Positions 47,938 to 57,971 of a stretch of DNA of 64,000 nt are shown piece after piece (the stretch's first letter is position 1; each line of letters opens with the position of its first letter). The stretch is from positions 800,001 to 864,000 of the forward strand of contig CAXXHB010000003.1 of assembly GCA_963664815.2 (NCBI GenBank). The letters are read 5' to 3'. The notes under the pieces were generated by a model. The model ran no database searches and had not been told where the DNA came from. It worked only from the letters and a program-made list of their open reading frames with translations. The DNA is from Spirochaetota bacterium (lineage in GTDB: Bacteria > Spirochaetota > UBA4802 > UBA5550). Both the position numbers and the translations under genes were made by a program.

Positions 47938-49098
47938 TTATTCTATCAGCAGACAGACAAATGTTTCGTTGTGGAATATGCTTTTCATGGATGCCTCCGG
48001 GGGTGAAAATTCACCATATGTATAAAAACCGCATATAATAGTATTTTCATCAAGCCTTGATTTCACTATACTGCATTCTTCGTCAGTTCGTGACCCGAGA
48101 ACCGCTCTTCGTGCTGTACATGAAAAGCATATGGCAATGGATGGTTTATTCCCTGACGGGAACTTCATTTTCGCATTCTCCACCGCGGTTATTACGCCGT
48201 CAAGTATAGAATTACGGTCAACAACGGTCAGCTTTACCCTGTAATTTTCAGGGATATTGCCTAAAAAAGTAATTGAACCGTCTTCACCGATATTGTTTTC
48301 AAGAGCAGTCCGGAGGTAAATGAAAGAATTATTCTGGTCGTACACCGCCATGGGCATTTCAATTGATGGAGTGGCTCCATCCCCCAGGAGTCCCCTGTAG
48401 AAATCGATAGCTCTGATGTTGTCAATTTCTTTTATAACATTTTTATCGGAGCTGTTTACTATGCTGAAATTCCCCACCGGGATCCAGCCTGTACCTGTCC
48501 CGAAGGAAAAATCAAAATCTCCGCAGATAATAAGATAAACAGATGTACTCTCCAGTACCGAGTTGCCGTAAAATTGTTTTGTCCCTGTGAAGCTCCAGCT
48601 GTCTCCTGCAGCGCCCCCGAAAACCGGTATTTCACCATAAAATACACTGTTCATGATTTCCAGTGATGTTTCGCTGTTCATGGCGATTCCGTCGGAAAAA
48701 AGAATCCCGAGTTTCGGACTTTTCCCCGTTCTGCTGATTGAACTTTTAATCTCCTTTCTTATATTTTCAATATTGTATTCTTTCATGTCTATTTTGCCAG
48801 GAATAAACTGAATTATATCACTGCTGAACAGTATAAGGAGTATTGAATCCTGTATGTAGCCTGTTTCGGTTGAGAACTCGCCGTCAGTTGTGCATCCTAT
48901 CAGTTCAATATTTTTAAGCTTTTCCGATATTATATTCAGCACCTTCTCATGGTCAACAGCCATACCCATATATATAATCCCTACATCAGGTTTTCTGCCG
49001 TTAAGTTGTGAAAGACATCTTTTTGTTATGTCATTCGTCGCATATTCCGGATCAATATCATCACTCTGCGCCATAGCATAATAAAGTTTTTTGTCCAT
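47938..49098 (-). CDS. FIST N/C domain signal transduction protein
   Basis: IGCTTDGE, FGGAAGD, GWIPVG, FSCTARR, GFYTYGE, FHNET. Confidence 0.93.
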   Translation of the reverse strand: MDKKLYYAMAQSDDIDPEYATNDITKRCLSQLNGRKPDVGIIYMGMAVDHEKVLNIISEKLKNIELIGCTTDGEFSTETGYIQDSILLILFSSDIIQFIPGKIDMKEYNIENIRKEIKSSISRTGKSPKLGILFSDGIAMNSETSLEIMNSVFYGEIPVFGGAAGDSWSFTGTKQFYGNSVLESTSVYLIICGDFDFSFGTGTGWIPVGNFSIVNSSDKNVIKEIDNIRAIDFYRGLLGDGATPSIEMPMAVYDQNNSFIYLRTALENNIGEDGSITFLGNIPENYRVKLTVVDRNSILDGVITAVENAKMKFPSGNKPSIAICFSCTARRAVLGSRTDEECSIVKSRLDENTIICGFYTYGEFSPPEASMKSIFHNETFVCLLIE

Positions 49099-49193
49099 CA
49101 GGAATCCCTTATTTTTTATTAATGAGAAGTATATTTAATAATACAATGATAAAAGTCTGTATAATGTTTAATATCAAGTTATTTTTATATATT

Positions 49194-50351
49194 TCAGCAG
49201 AGCAGTTCAATGCCTAAAATACAGACGTCGTCATTAAATTTATCAGAACCTCTGAATTCGATCAGCTTTTCATAAATAGAATTAATGTAATCCTGTATAT
49301 TCATATCTGCATTTTTGTCGAGTGTATCCCGCAGCGTCTGAGTTTCAAAAGCAATACCATCATTGTTTTCAGTTTCTGTAAGACCATCGGTATATATAAT
49401 CAGTTTATCTCCTGAACTGAATGGGACAGTCTGTGTTTCTATAGAAATATCTTTCATTACCCCAAGCATAGGTCCGTCTGCATTCAGTTCAGATATTTCG
49501 TGATTTTGCTGTATCCAGAATGGTCTGTTGTGGCCTCCCCGGGCATATGTAAATGTTTTATTTTTGACATCACATATCCCGTAAAGAGCCGTAAAGTATA
49601 TATCAAGACCAAGATCGACAATACGGCTGTTGATATCATGTAAAAACTCAGCCGGTTCACTCTTGAGTTCTCCGGATGAGTTTATCAGCACGGCAAGTAT
49701 CCCCGTAACAAGGGCCGCACTAACACCATGACCGTTAACATCGGCGATAAATACGCCGAAACGTTCCTCGTTTCTGAATTTTACAAAAGTGAAGAAATCA
49801 CCGCCGATAAGAATCATCGGTTTATAGATTGAATGAATTTTTATTCCGGGGATATCAGGTTTATCTGATATCAGCGCTTTTTGTACAACTGCCGCCAGTT
49901 TGAGATCACGGGTTATCTCCCTGTCCCGTTTCAGAAGCTTTATATTCTGTGATTCAATAATTTCAAAAGCCTGCTTCAGCTGCATAGTCATGCTGTTGAA
50001 TGCATTTGAGAAATCACCCATAAAGTCGACCTGATGGCTGAAATCTCCTGCGGCAATTCTTTTGGTAGTCCACGTAAGATGATTAAGATTTGCCTGTAAA
50101 TTCTTTAAAGCACCGTGTATTTTCATTTTCCCTTTCGGAATTTCATGTGCAAGTTCGCCATTTGAAATAGAGAGAAGAGACTCAGTATAGGAATTGAGCC
50201 CGGTTATTATCTCATTGACTCTGCCTGTAAGTATTTTGATTTTATTATCGGCGCAGCCTTCAGGTATAATCACCGGATCGCTTTTTCCGCCCACCAGCAA
50301 TGCGGCTAATGAATCTGAGATAGCTTCAATTATTTTTATATCATCATTCAT
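49194..50351 (-). CDS. HAMP + PP2C (SpoIIE/RsbU-type) phosphatase
   Basis: IAAGDFS..DFMGDFSNAFNSM, GGDFF, ADVNGHGVSAAL, YTDGLTE, DDVC. Confidence 0.92.
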   Translation of the reverse strand: MNDDIKIIEAISDSLAALLVGGKSDPVIIPEGCADNKIKILTGRVNEIITGLNSYTESLLSISNGELAHEIPKGKMKIHGALKNLQANLNHLTWTTKRIAAGDFSHQVDFMGDFSNAFNSMTMQLKQAFEIIESQNIKLLKRDREITRDLKLAAVVQKALISDKPDIPGIKIHSIYKPMILIGGDFFTFVKFRNEERFGVFIADVNGHGVSAALVTGILAVLINSSGELKSEPAEFLHDINSRIVDLGLDIYFTALYGICDVKNKTFTYARGGHNRPFWIQQNHEISELNADGPMLGVMKDISIETQTVPFSSGDKLIIYTDGLTETENNDGIAFETQTLRDTLDKNADMNIQDYINSIYEKLIEFRGSDKFNDDVCILGIELLC

Positions 50352-50365
50352 ATGTTAAATTGTCA

Positions 50366-50896
50366 TTAATCTTCAACCTGTATCGCCCTGAATCTGCAAA
50401 CCCGGTCACCGGAACACCAGCAATCTATCTCCCTGACCTGAAAGTTTTTTCCTGTATGTTCCCATAAAAGGCCCCTTATAAAACCTTCATCGTATGTGCA
50501 GATTGCTTCGTCCGAAACCGGTAGTCCGGAACAATCAAGGTCTTCTGCGACTGTCAGCACAAGTTCCATTTTTTCAAGATCAGCTGATTCCATCCTGAGT
50601 ATGCCTATTTTCAGGTTTTTTAACAGCATCTGCAGCTCTTCAATAAATTCGTTCAGGCTCCCCTTTCCGGTTATCATATTCCGGTAAAATTCTCTTCCGG
50701 AGAGATCCCCGGCCTGGTAGAAAATTTTATCTGCAGTCTCTACACCTACCTCTTTAATCAGGGCATCACGAATTGTGTATTGCATCAGGCGATATATGCT
50801 GAGATCAACCGCTGAACCGAGGTTTGGCCTGCCGAGCTCAATATCTCCCAGCATCTCCCATTTAAAATCCTGAGATTCTCTCTCCTCTTTGAACAT
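50366..50896 (-). CDS. V4R domain protein
   Basis: LKIGILR, EDLDCSGLP, C.YDEGFIRG, EIDCWCSGDRVCRF. Confidence 0.9.
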   Translation of the reverse strand: MFKEERESQDFKWEMLGDIELGRPNLGSAVDLSIYRLMQYTIRDALIKEVGVETADKIFYQAGDLSGREFYRNMITGKGSLNEFIEELQMLLKNLKIGILRMESADLEKMELVLTVAEDLDCSGLPVSDEAICTYDEGFIRGLLWEHTGKNFQVREIDCWCSGDRVCRFRAIQVED

Positions 50897-51086
50897 ATTA
50901 TCCTCAAATTTTTATCAGTTTTATTATAAATATATATAATATGGACGTCTCTTCAATCCGGATGTCTAATTTTCAAATAATTATTTTTAATGATTGAAAA
51001 ATAGTATTAATCATTTAGATTTGTGTGTGAAATATAAGTAAAACAAATAAAATTTACAACAAAATTGAGAGGAGGATTGAATCATT

Positions 51087-52703
51087 ATGGAAAAAACCTG
51101 GTTGAAATGGTATGACAAGGGAGTTCCTCATTCTATTGACTACCCGAAAGTGCCGTTGAAGGATAAGTTCAATGAAAACGCAGCAGCAGCGCCTGACCGT
51201 CCCTATATAATAATTGAGGACACAGTAATTACATACAAAGCAGCAAACAGCATGGCGAGAAAGCTGGCGGACGCACTTCTTAATCTTGGTGTAAAAAAAG
51301 GGGATTGTGTTGCTCTTATGTCTCCGAATTTCCCGCAGTACATTATAGGCCTTGAGGCGTGTTATAAAATAGGGGCTATTATAGTGCCAACAAATCCAAT
51401 GGCAACAGAAAAGGAGATTACACACCAGTTTAATGACAGCGGAACAAGAACAGTCATCGCGTGGGCCGGAGTCTCGGCAAAGCCGATTGAGGTAATGCAG
51501 AAGGGATCGGTTGCGCTTAAAGAAGTTGTTGTTTTCCAGGCCGGCCAGAAAGTTGATATACCCTACGGGAAAAATGTACTCGATTTCGATGAACTGCTGA
51601 AGAGCGGAGCCGACAGGGAACCGGATATTAAGGTAGCCTCGGAAGATGTCGCGATGCTTCAATATACCGGCGGAACAACAGGTGTTTCCAAGGGGTGCAT
51701 GCTGAGCAACTATAATGTTCTTTCAATTGCATACCAGGACCATGCATGGTTTGGAGGATGCTACAAAGAAGAACCATACCTTAAGACGTTATGCTGCATG
51801 CCGCTGTACCATATATATGGATTTAATACCAACGTGAACATAAACAAAATTGCCGGCGGATGTTCTGTTCTTGTAACACAGCCGACCCCTGACAATATCC
51901 TGGCTGCAATCAACAGGCATGAACCGAATTATTATGCGGCGGTACCTGCGATGATTTTCGGTCTTAACCAGCATCCTGATACTCCGAAATCCAAGATAAA
52001 ATCGATAAAAGGGATTATCTGCGGTTCATCTCCTTTGGCTGTTGAGGCAATGAAGACCTTTGAGGAGCTCTCCGGCGCTGTCATAACCGAGGGTTATGGA
52101 ATGTCTGAAACATCGAATGTTCTTACATGTACACCCTTCGGTAAGCGTAAAATAGGCAGCGTCGGTCTGCCGTGGCCTGATGTTGATATACGCATTGTCG
52201 ATATCGATACAGGTACAAAGGATCTGCCTCTGGGCGAGGCCGGAGAACTCATAGCAAAAAGCCCTACCATAATGTCAGGCTACTGGAAAAACCAGAAGGA
52301 GACTGATATAGCAATAAGGGACGGCTGGCTTTATACCGGGGATATAGCATACATGGATGAAGACGGTTTTATCTTTATTGTGGACAGGAAGAAAGATATG
52401 ATTCTGTGCAGCGGATTCAACGTATATCCGCGTGAAGTGGACGAGGTTCTCTATGCAATACCCGGAGTGCTCAATGCATGCTCTGTGGGGATTCCGGACC
52501 CCAAACGCGGTGAATCCGTAAAGGCTTTTATCGTCAAAAAGCCGGGCGCTGAACTTTCGGAACAGCAGGTTATAGATTACTGTAAAAAGCAGCTTTCGGG
52601 ATACAAGGTTCCCACGCAGGTTGAGTTTATAGACTCACTCCCTGTAACGGGTGTAGGCAAGCCTATGCGTAATGAACTGAGGAAAAGAGAGGCAGGGAAG
52701 TAA
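51087..52703 (+). CDS. fadD: Long-chain fatty acid--CoA ligase
   Basis: LQYTGGTTGVSKG, EGYGMSET, GWLYTGDI, DRKKDMI..GFNVYPREV. Confidence 0.88.
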   Translation: MEKTWLKWYDKGVPHSIDYPKVPLKDKFNENAAAAPDRPYIIIEDTVITYKAANSMARKLADALLNLGVKKGDCVALMSPNFPQYIIGLEACYKIGAIIVPTNPMATEKEITHQFNDSGTRTVIAWAGVSAKPIEVMQKGSVALKEVVVFQAGQKVDIPYGKNVLDFDELLKSGADREPDIKVASEDVAMLQYTGGTTGVSKGCMLSNYNVLSIAYQDHAWFGGCYKEEPYLKTLCCMPLYHIYGFNTNVNINKIAGGCSVLVTQPTPDNILAAINRHEPNYYAAVPAMIFGLNQHPDTPKSKIKSIKGIICGSSPLAVEAMKTFEELSGAVITEGYGMSETSNVLTCTPFGKRKIGSVGLPWPDVDIRIVDIDTGTKDLPLGEAGELIAKSPTIMSGYWKNQKETDIAIRDGWLYTGDIAYMDEDGFIFIVDRKKDMILCSGFNVYPREVDEVLYAIPGVLNACSVGIPDPKRGESVKAFIVKKPGAELSEQQVIDYCKKQLSGYKVPTQVEFIDSLPVTGVGKPMRNELRKREAGK

Positions 52704-52904
52704 ACAGAACTGCTTTTTGTCTTATTTAAGCCGGTAAATTATAAATAGTTAAACCTTCAGAGGGGGGCCGGACGGCATGAATATTGTTTCCGAAAAACGA
52801 ATAGCCGTCACCCCTCTTTAATGGGTTTATTAACCGTTATAGCTGAAGCTCTTCCGAAGGTTGCCTCACCCGAAGTTAGAGTGAGGTATGCCTGTACCGG
52901 TAAT

Positions 52905-53774
52905 TTACATGGCCTGCCTGATAACCTCCGCGCTTCCTTTATTGAACTTCCATCTGACTAACTCTTCGGCAGTTGCAAATTTATATCCTGAACTTTTAAG
53001 CTTCTCAATGATGGAGGGTAGAATTTCCATTGTTGTAAGGTGTGTGTCATGAAAAAGAATAACAATCCCTTTACCGTCGGCGCGGGAGATTACTCTTTTG
53101 TATATCCAGTGCATTCTTTTTGTAAATTCAGCACTATCGATGTTAACTCCCGGAGCTTCCTTATACCAGTCACCCCTGACCCAGTTTTTTGAATCTCCTG
53201 AATCGAAGTGCCTTGACCACATTATTACAACACCCCGCTTTTTAACTACGTCACCGACCATAATTTTAGAGGCTTCCGGATATTTATCAAACCATGGTGA
53301 ACCGAAAGGGGGCCTTATGAGAGTCAGTTTTACTGAATCTTTTCCCAGTTCTCTGTCCAGCATCTCCTGGTTCTCATCAAACTCGCGTGCTATTTTTTCC
53401 GGAGTGAGATGGGCGAGATCTTTATGGTCAACAGTATGGTTGCCAAGTGCATGTCCGTCTTTTATCATGCGGATGAGCGAGGTTTTATATCTTTTGAAAT
53501 CATTATTTACCCTTGTTGAATGTGGAGCCCAGTCGCCGCTTATGAAGAATGTAGCTTTGACATCCTCCTTTTTCAGTATATCCAGTATTTTTTCTGTCCA
53601 TTCCGAAGGGCCGTCATCAAAGGTCAGATAAACTGTTTTATCGGGGAGAGGATCATCTTCATAAAAGCCGGCAGGGAAGGAGGGTAATCCTGCATCAACA
53701 TGCGGGTGAGAATTACAGCAGAATATCGCTGGTGTGAAAAAAAATATTGTAACAGTCAAACAGAAGGCTTTCAT
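52905..53774 (-). CDS. Polysaccharide deacetylase (NodB domain), possible lipoprotein
   Basis: LTFDDGP, GNHTVDH, RPPFG, ILFHD; RBS places the start at MKAFC (53774); signal ends IFCC. Confidence 0.88.
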   Translation of the reverse strand: MKAFCLTVTIFFFTPAIFCCNSHPHVDAGLPSFPAGFYEDDPLPDKTVYLTFDDGPSEWTEKILDILKKEDVKATFFISGDWAPHSTRVNNDFKRYKTSLIRMIKDGHALGNHTVDHKDLAHLTPEKIAREFDENQEMLDRELGKDSVKLTLIRPPFGSPWFDKYPEASKIMVGDVVKKRGVVIMWSRHFDSGDSKNWVRGDWYKEAPGVNIDSAEFTKRMHWIYKRVISRADGKGIVILFHDTHLTTMEILPSIIEKLKSSGYKFATAEELVRWKFNKGSAEVIRQAM

Positions 53775-54079
53775 AAAATCCCCTTTGCAGATTAATTTTA
53801 TACAGTTATTACAGTTGTTGTAACAGCGACTCATAAACAAGAACAGAGTTGTTTCCAAACCGGTTATTTTATCATAATTGATCACATCACAAATAATAGT
53901 ATATTGTTGAAAGAATAGTTTCAAGGTTCAATTACGGTTTGGTTGCAGTTTTTTGCCCGAATACATAAAACTGGTTATATACAGTAAAACCATCTCCGGA
54001 ATATACCTGATTTATTTAAAAAATGAATTGAATATCTGTATAAATATATATTAATCTGTTTCATAAATAGGGGGGTGGT

Positions 54080-54982
54080 ATGCAGAAAAAAATCAGTTTT
54101 ATAATATTTACTCTATGTCTTATAGTGTCGGTTGCCCTGCCGGTTATTGCCGGATGGCAGGTTGACAGACAGCTTCGTTTTCAGTTGGCCTATACTCCGG
54201 ACGGAAAGGTTGTACCGGGCAATTCAATTAAAGTTCCGTCAATGAAGCTCTCGAAAGAGTATTTGCCGGATATAGACAATATTGTACTTTCAGATATCAA
54301 GGGTCTCGGTTTTACCCTGCCTGACAGAAAAAAACCTGAAAAGTTCAAATTGTATCTAAAACTTTTTAATTTTCCAGAGAATCTTAAAGCAGCGGATATC
54401 TGTCCTGAAGTACTCAGGGTATACCATATTGCTGACATGCCTGAGAGCGGCAGGAAGCTTGTTAATTATACCTCCGGCAACGGCAATGCAGCCGTCAAGT
54501 TCGGATATATAGATGCATCAGACCGGTTATTCACAGAAAACAGTCCCTATCCTTCATTTCTGAGTGGTAATGATGCCGCTTTTTCCGGTGCATTTATGAA
54601 GAATACGCCATTTTATTCTCTTTATCTTAATCCGGACAAAAATCTGAAAAGCTCCGATAAAGATGAGCTTGCCCGCAGCAGCGCGCAGGGTGTTCTCGAT
54701 TTTCACAGAGAATTGCTTGATCATTACAATAAGACGCTTACACCGGTTAAGGGCAAAGAGTCTGAAAAATATTATTATTTCCGCGATGATAAAAAACGGG
54801 TAACCATCAAAATACTGAAAGAACCAATGGTGTTTAAAAACTGGCGTGACCTGCCCATGCCCACTGATCCTGCACGTCATTTTCTGAGTGGTCTGCTCCT
54901 TATTTATCTCTCTGATGATGGCGATTCAAAACTTGCAAAAGAGACTGTTTTTGAAGTGGGTTCAATAGTGCGGCTGCCGTAG
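54080..54982 (+). CDS. Secreted hypothetical protein
   Basis: GGGGGTGG RBS, N-terminal signal/TM segment, 300 aa, no family recognised. Confidence 0.78.
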   Translation: MQKKISFIIFTLCLIVSVALPVIAGWQVDRQLRFQLAYTPDGKVVPGNSIKVPSMKLSKEYLPDIDNIVLSDIKGLGFTLPDRKKPEKFKLYLKLFNFPENLKAADICPEVLRVYHIADMPESGRKLVNYTSGNGNAAVKFGYIDASDRLFTENSPYPSFLSGNDAAFSGAFMKNTPFYSLYLNPDKNLKSSDKDELARSSAQGVLDFHRELLDHYNKTLTPVKGKESEKYYYFRDDKKRVTIKILKEPMVFKNWRDLPMPTDPARHFLSGLLLIYLSDDGDSKLAKETVFEVGSIVRLP

Positions 54983-55092
54983 GGCAGAAGCATCAATTGC
55001 AGAGGCCTCTGCTCACGGAGAGAAATTTCTCACTGAGAGTCCCGGAGCAGGGAGCAGAGGCATGCTTAAACTTTCTCTGTCTGATTTTCGGA

Positions 55093-55863
55093 TTACCTGA
55101 AGAATATATTACTTTTTCGTCTTTTCCCCATGACAGCAAGTTCTTCCACCCGGCCGGTTATAATATTTCTTACCATATCCGAGGTCTCCTCAACAGACAT
55201 AGATGCAAATTCCGAATATGGGATCTCTTCAAGTATATCAAGATAAAGGTTCTGAATACCTCTGGTGTTCAGACTGTATTTGGGAAGTGCTATACAGGTC
55301 CCTGAAATTGCTATTGGAATAATCGGAAGCTTCAGTTTATGCGCAAGGATGAAAGCTCCCGGTTTGAACTTCTTAACCTTTCCGTCATGTGACCTGGTTC
55401 CCTCAGGGAAAAAATAGACAGAACTCCCCTCAAGCAGCCGCTCTTCACTTGCAGCCATCATCTTTTCAATACTCTCCCTGTCGCCGCGGATAAGCCGTAT
55501 ATACCTGTTAAAATACATGTTCCAGCCTATAAACGGGAGCCTGAATATCTCTGCCTTGGATACCCACTTGAAATGTCTGAAAAGGTTAAAGGCCAGCAGG
55601 ATATCAAGCTGCGACTGGTGATTCGATACGACAATATATGTTGTGTTTTTCCTGAAGTTCTTTCTTCCTGAAACATGCACTCTCCAGCTCGGGAAAATCC
55701 AGGTATAAAGGGCACCCCAGAAACAGGTATATATATGGAGCAGCCTCTTCTTTTTATCGAATGGGAGAGTAACAAGCCAGATTAAAAGTGCCGGGAAAAA
55801 GAGAACTGCGCAGGTTATCATAATTAAAAAAAGGTATAATGTGGAAACTATTCTATCGAACAT
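55093..55863 (-). CDS. plsC: 1-acyl-sn-glycerol-3-phosphate acyltransferase
   Basis: NHQSQLD, FFPEGTRS, FKPGAF. Confidence 0.88.
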   Translation of the reverse strand: MFDRIVSTLYLFLIMITCAVLFFPALLIWLVTLPFDKKKRLLHIYTCFWGALYTWIFPSWRVHVSGRKNFRKNTTYIVVSNHQSQLDILLAFNLFRHFKWVSKAEIFRLPFIGWNMYFNRYIRLIRGDRESIEKMMAASEERLLEGSSVYFFPEGTRSHDGKVKKFKPGAFILAHKLKLPIIPIAISGTCIALPKYSLNTRGIQNLYLDILEEIPYSEFASMSVEETSDMVRNIITGRVEELAVMGKRRKSNIFFR

Positions 55864-55946
55864 AAATTAATCCTCCATTTTATTATTAATTTCCAATGTC
55901 AGACAGCTTTCTTTTTTTGCTGTAGTATGGTATAATTTCCTGTAAT

Positions 55947-56657
55947 TTAGTTTTTTAAAATGAAATCTACAACATCGTCATATCCTGTTGATATAAATTT
56001 TTCCTGGTGCTCTAACAGGATTTTTTTATTTGCATAGGTTAATGGACACCAGTTACTTTCAATTATTGATAAAGTGTGCTGAAAAGATTTAAACAAAATA
56101 CGGAGTTTAAATGCATTCTGATAAATTGATTTAAAACCCTCTGATCGCAGATTTCTGCCATAATTTCTTTTTTTCAAGTCATCTTTGATAACATTCATAT
56201 CTGCCTTGTCATATCCCAGTAATTTTTTAAAGGTTAAGACAAATGCCAGACCTGTAATTCCAACAGGTTTGGCCCAGAAAAAGGCTTTAGCCAGAAGATG
56301 CTCCACCTGTTTTTTTTCTGATTCGGACATAGTGTTAATATCACATTCTCCTATTAAATCCAGCGTCACGGATATCATCTGGGTAATACCATTCGCATAA
56401 GCGCAGAAATGGCAGTTTCCCCGGTCAAACCAGCTGTAATCATCAAGATCAATCCTGCCATAGGAGACAAAATCTCTTTTCTCCAGAGTCCGGGCTCCGT
56501 TGTTGAGAATAAGTAATACCCTTGTTAATATTTTCAGAAATAATATCTCGAAAATTAAAAATATTACAATTGAAGGATACATGATGTACCCCCCTATCGT
56601 TCCTCTGATAAAACCATGTTTTTTATTATTTGTCCAGAAAATACCTTTGAGTAACAT
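55947..56657 (-). CDS. Hypothetical membrane protein with CxxCAYANG and WCP motifs
   Basis: GGGGG RBS places the start at MLLKG (56657; track start 56726); TM segments; NCHFCAYANG, ESNWCP. Confidence 0.7.
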   Translation of the reverse strand: MLLKGIFWTNNKKHGFIRGTIGGYIMYPSIVIFLIFEILFLKILTRVLLILNNGARTLEKRDFVSYGRIDLDDYSWFDRGNCHFCAYANGITQMISVTLDLIGECDINTMSESEKKQVEHLLAKAFFWAKPVGITGLAFVLTFKKLLGYDKADMNVIKDDLKKRNYGRNLRSEGFKSIYQNAFKLRILFKSFQHTLSIIESNWCPLTYANKKILLEHQEKFISTGYDDVVDFILKN

Positions 56658-57292
56658 AAAATACCCCCGCTGATTTTTATAAGGAACATCCGTCTTAAAA
56701 ACTTTCTGTATCATGCAGTACTCCATGATACAGAAAGCATGTCTGTCTGTTTTCTTGGTTTAGCAATTCCGGCATTTACAATAAAACTTTAAAAACCCGG
56801 AAGTTACATGGTGGTTATTGATCTTAAAAAATACAACAGCGGTTTGCAGTGAATGGTTGCAATAATATAAAACTGAAACCTTTAAAAGGGTTGTTCTGTA
56901 TATCTATATTCCTTCTGTTGCATCAACATACCTCACGTGCTGAACATTTACCAAAACATCGGGTGTCATTTTCATTTTTGTCAGAGCAGTTTTCTGTCAG
57001 ACAGTATAAAAGTTATCGGCAATCACTTATTCCCAATATGTAAATCAGCAATAGAATATTACGGCGGGAGTGAAAATTCCGTTCTATGTATTAATAGTAT
57101 CATCTATAAATTCATAGTACTGCATTTTTAATATTTAGTAGTTACAAAGCAATAATGTAGCGGACCACCGGCCGGCGGATAAATATGTTTTATCAGCGCC
57201 ATAAAGCTGTGCAGACAATTACTGTCTGCAATTTTCAGGTAGTCACGAAAAAGCCGTGGTTTTAAGGGTGTATTTTCACCGGGAGAGAGTAA

Positions 57293-57850
57293 TCAGAAAG
57301 ACCTTATTGCGCGTACTCTCTGCTCTGCGTCTTTGCCAAAATGATTTTCAATACGTCCGGCGTAATTCTGCATCCAGCCGGAGTTTGAATTATACTGGGA
57401 GGAACTCCAGTAATTTTCAAATACAAGTTTTGCATCTCCCCTGCCGGAGAGCACTTTGAACATCTCGTTCAGTTCACTTTTAGAGGGGAGGTACCAGTCG
57501 CTTTTACCCCCTCCACGGTAATCTACACATAACCTGGCAGCGGTGTCCAGATCTTCACATTCATTTATTATCGCTTCTGTATTCATTTTACCCTGGCCCA
57601 TCCCTGTATATTTTACACCCTTCAGATATACCGGGTAGCATCCCCATGCCGCCTTACCCTGGTCTTCAGGTGCAGCTTCAAGATAACGCCAGGGGCCTGA
57701 TGAATTTCCTGTGTCATAAAAAATTATTCCGCCGGCAGGGCCCTTGTCGCCGATTTTATATGCTTTTTCCTCTTCAGCGACGGTTTTCTGTGTAATCAGC
57801 AAAACAGCTGCTAAAAATATAAATGCAGTAAAAAATATAATTTTTTTCAT
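57293..57850 (-). CDS. Secreted DUF1566 domain protein
   Basis: YKIGDKGPAGGIIFYD, YLEAAP, SDWYLPSKSEL, YWSSS, VRAIRSF. Confidence 0.85.
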   Translation of the reverse strand: MKKIIFFTAFIFLAAVLLITQKTVAEEEKAYKIGDKGPAGGIIFYDTGNSSGPWRYLEAAPEDQGKAAWGCYPVYLKGVKYTGMGQGKMNTEAIINECEDLDTAARLCVDYRGGGKSDWYLPSKSELNEMFKVLSGRGDAKLVFENYWSSSQYNSNSGWMQNYAGRIENHFGKDAEQRVRAIRSF

Positions 57851-57971
57851 TCTTAATCCTTCAGCTTTTATTTTTTTCCGGGAATTTTCATTTGAAAATT
57901 CAATTTACTGATATTAACAGATTATGATTTGTCAATCGTGATTTACTGTTTATGCTTCACACTTACCCGGA

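Noticed and set aside
56730-57290. 560-bp gap as a hidden gene or ncRNA
   Set aside because: Only short ORFs without RBS or motifs and weak hairpins were seen; nothing supportable.
57293-57450. DUF1566 C-termini (here and near 7900-8094) as diversity-generating retroelement variable regions
   Set aside because: No reverse transcriptase, avd-like gene or adenine-variant template repeat was found in the window. A remote DGR cannot be excluded, but nothing here supports one.
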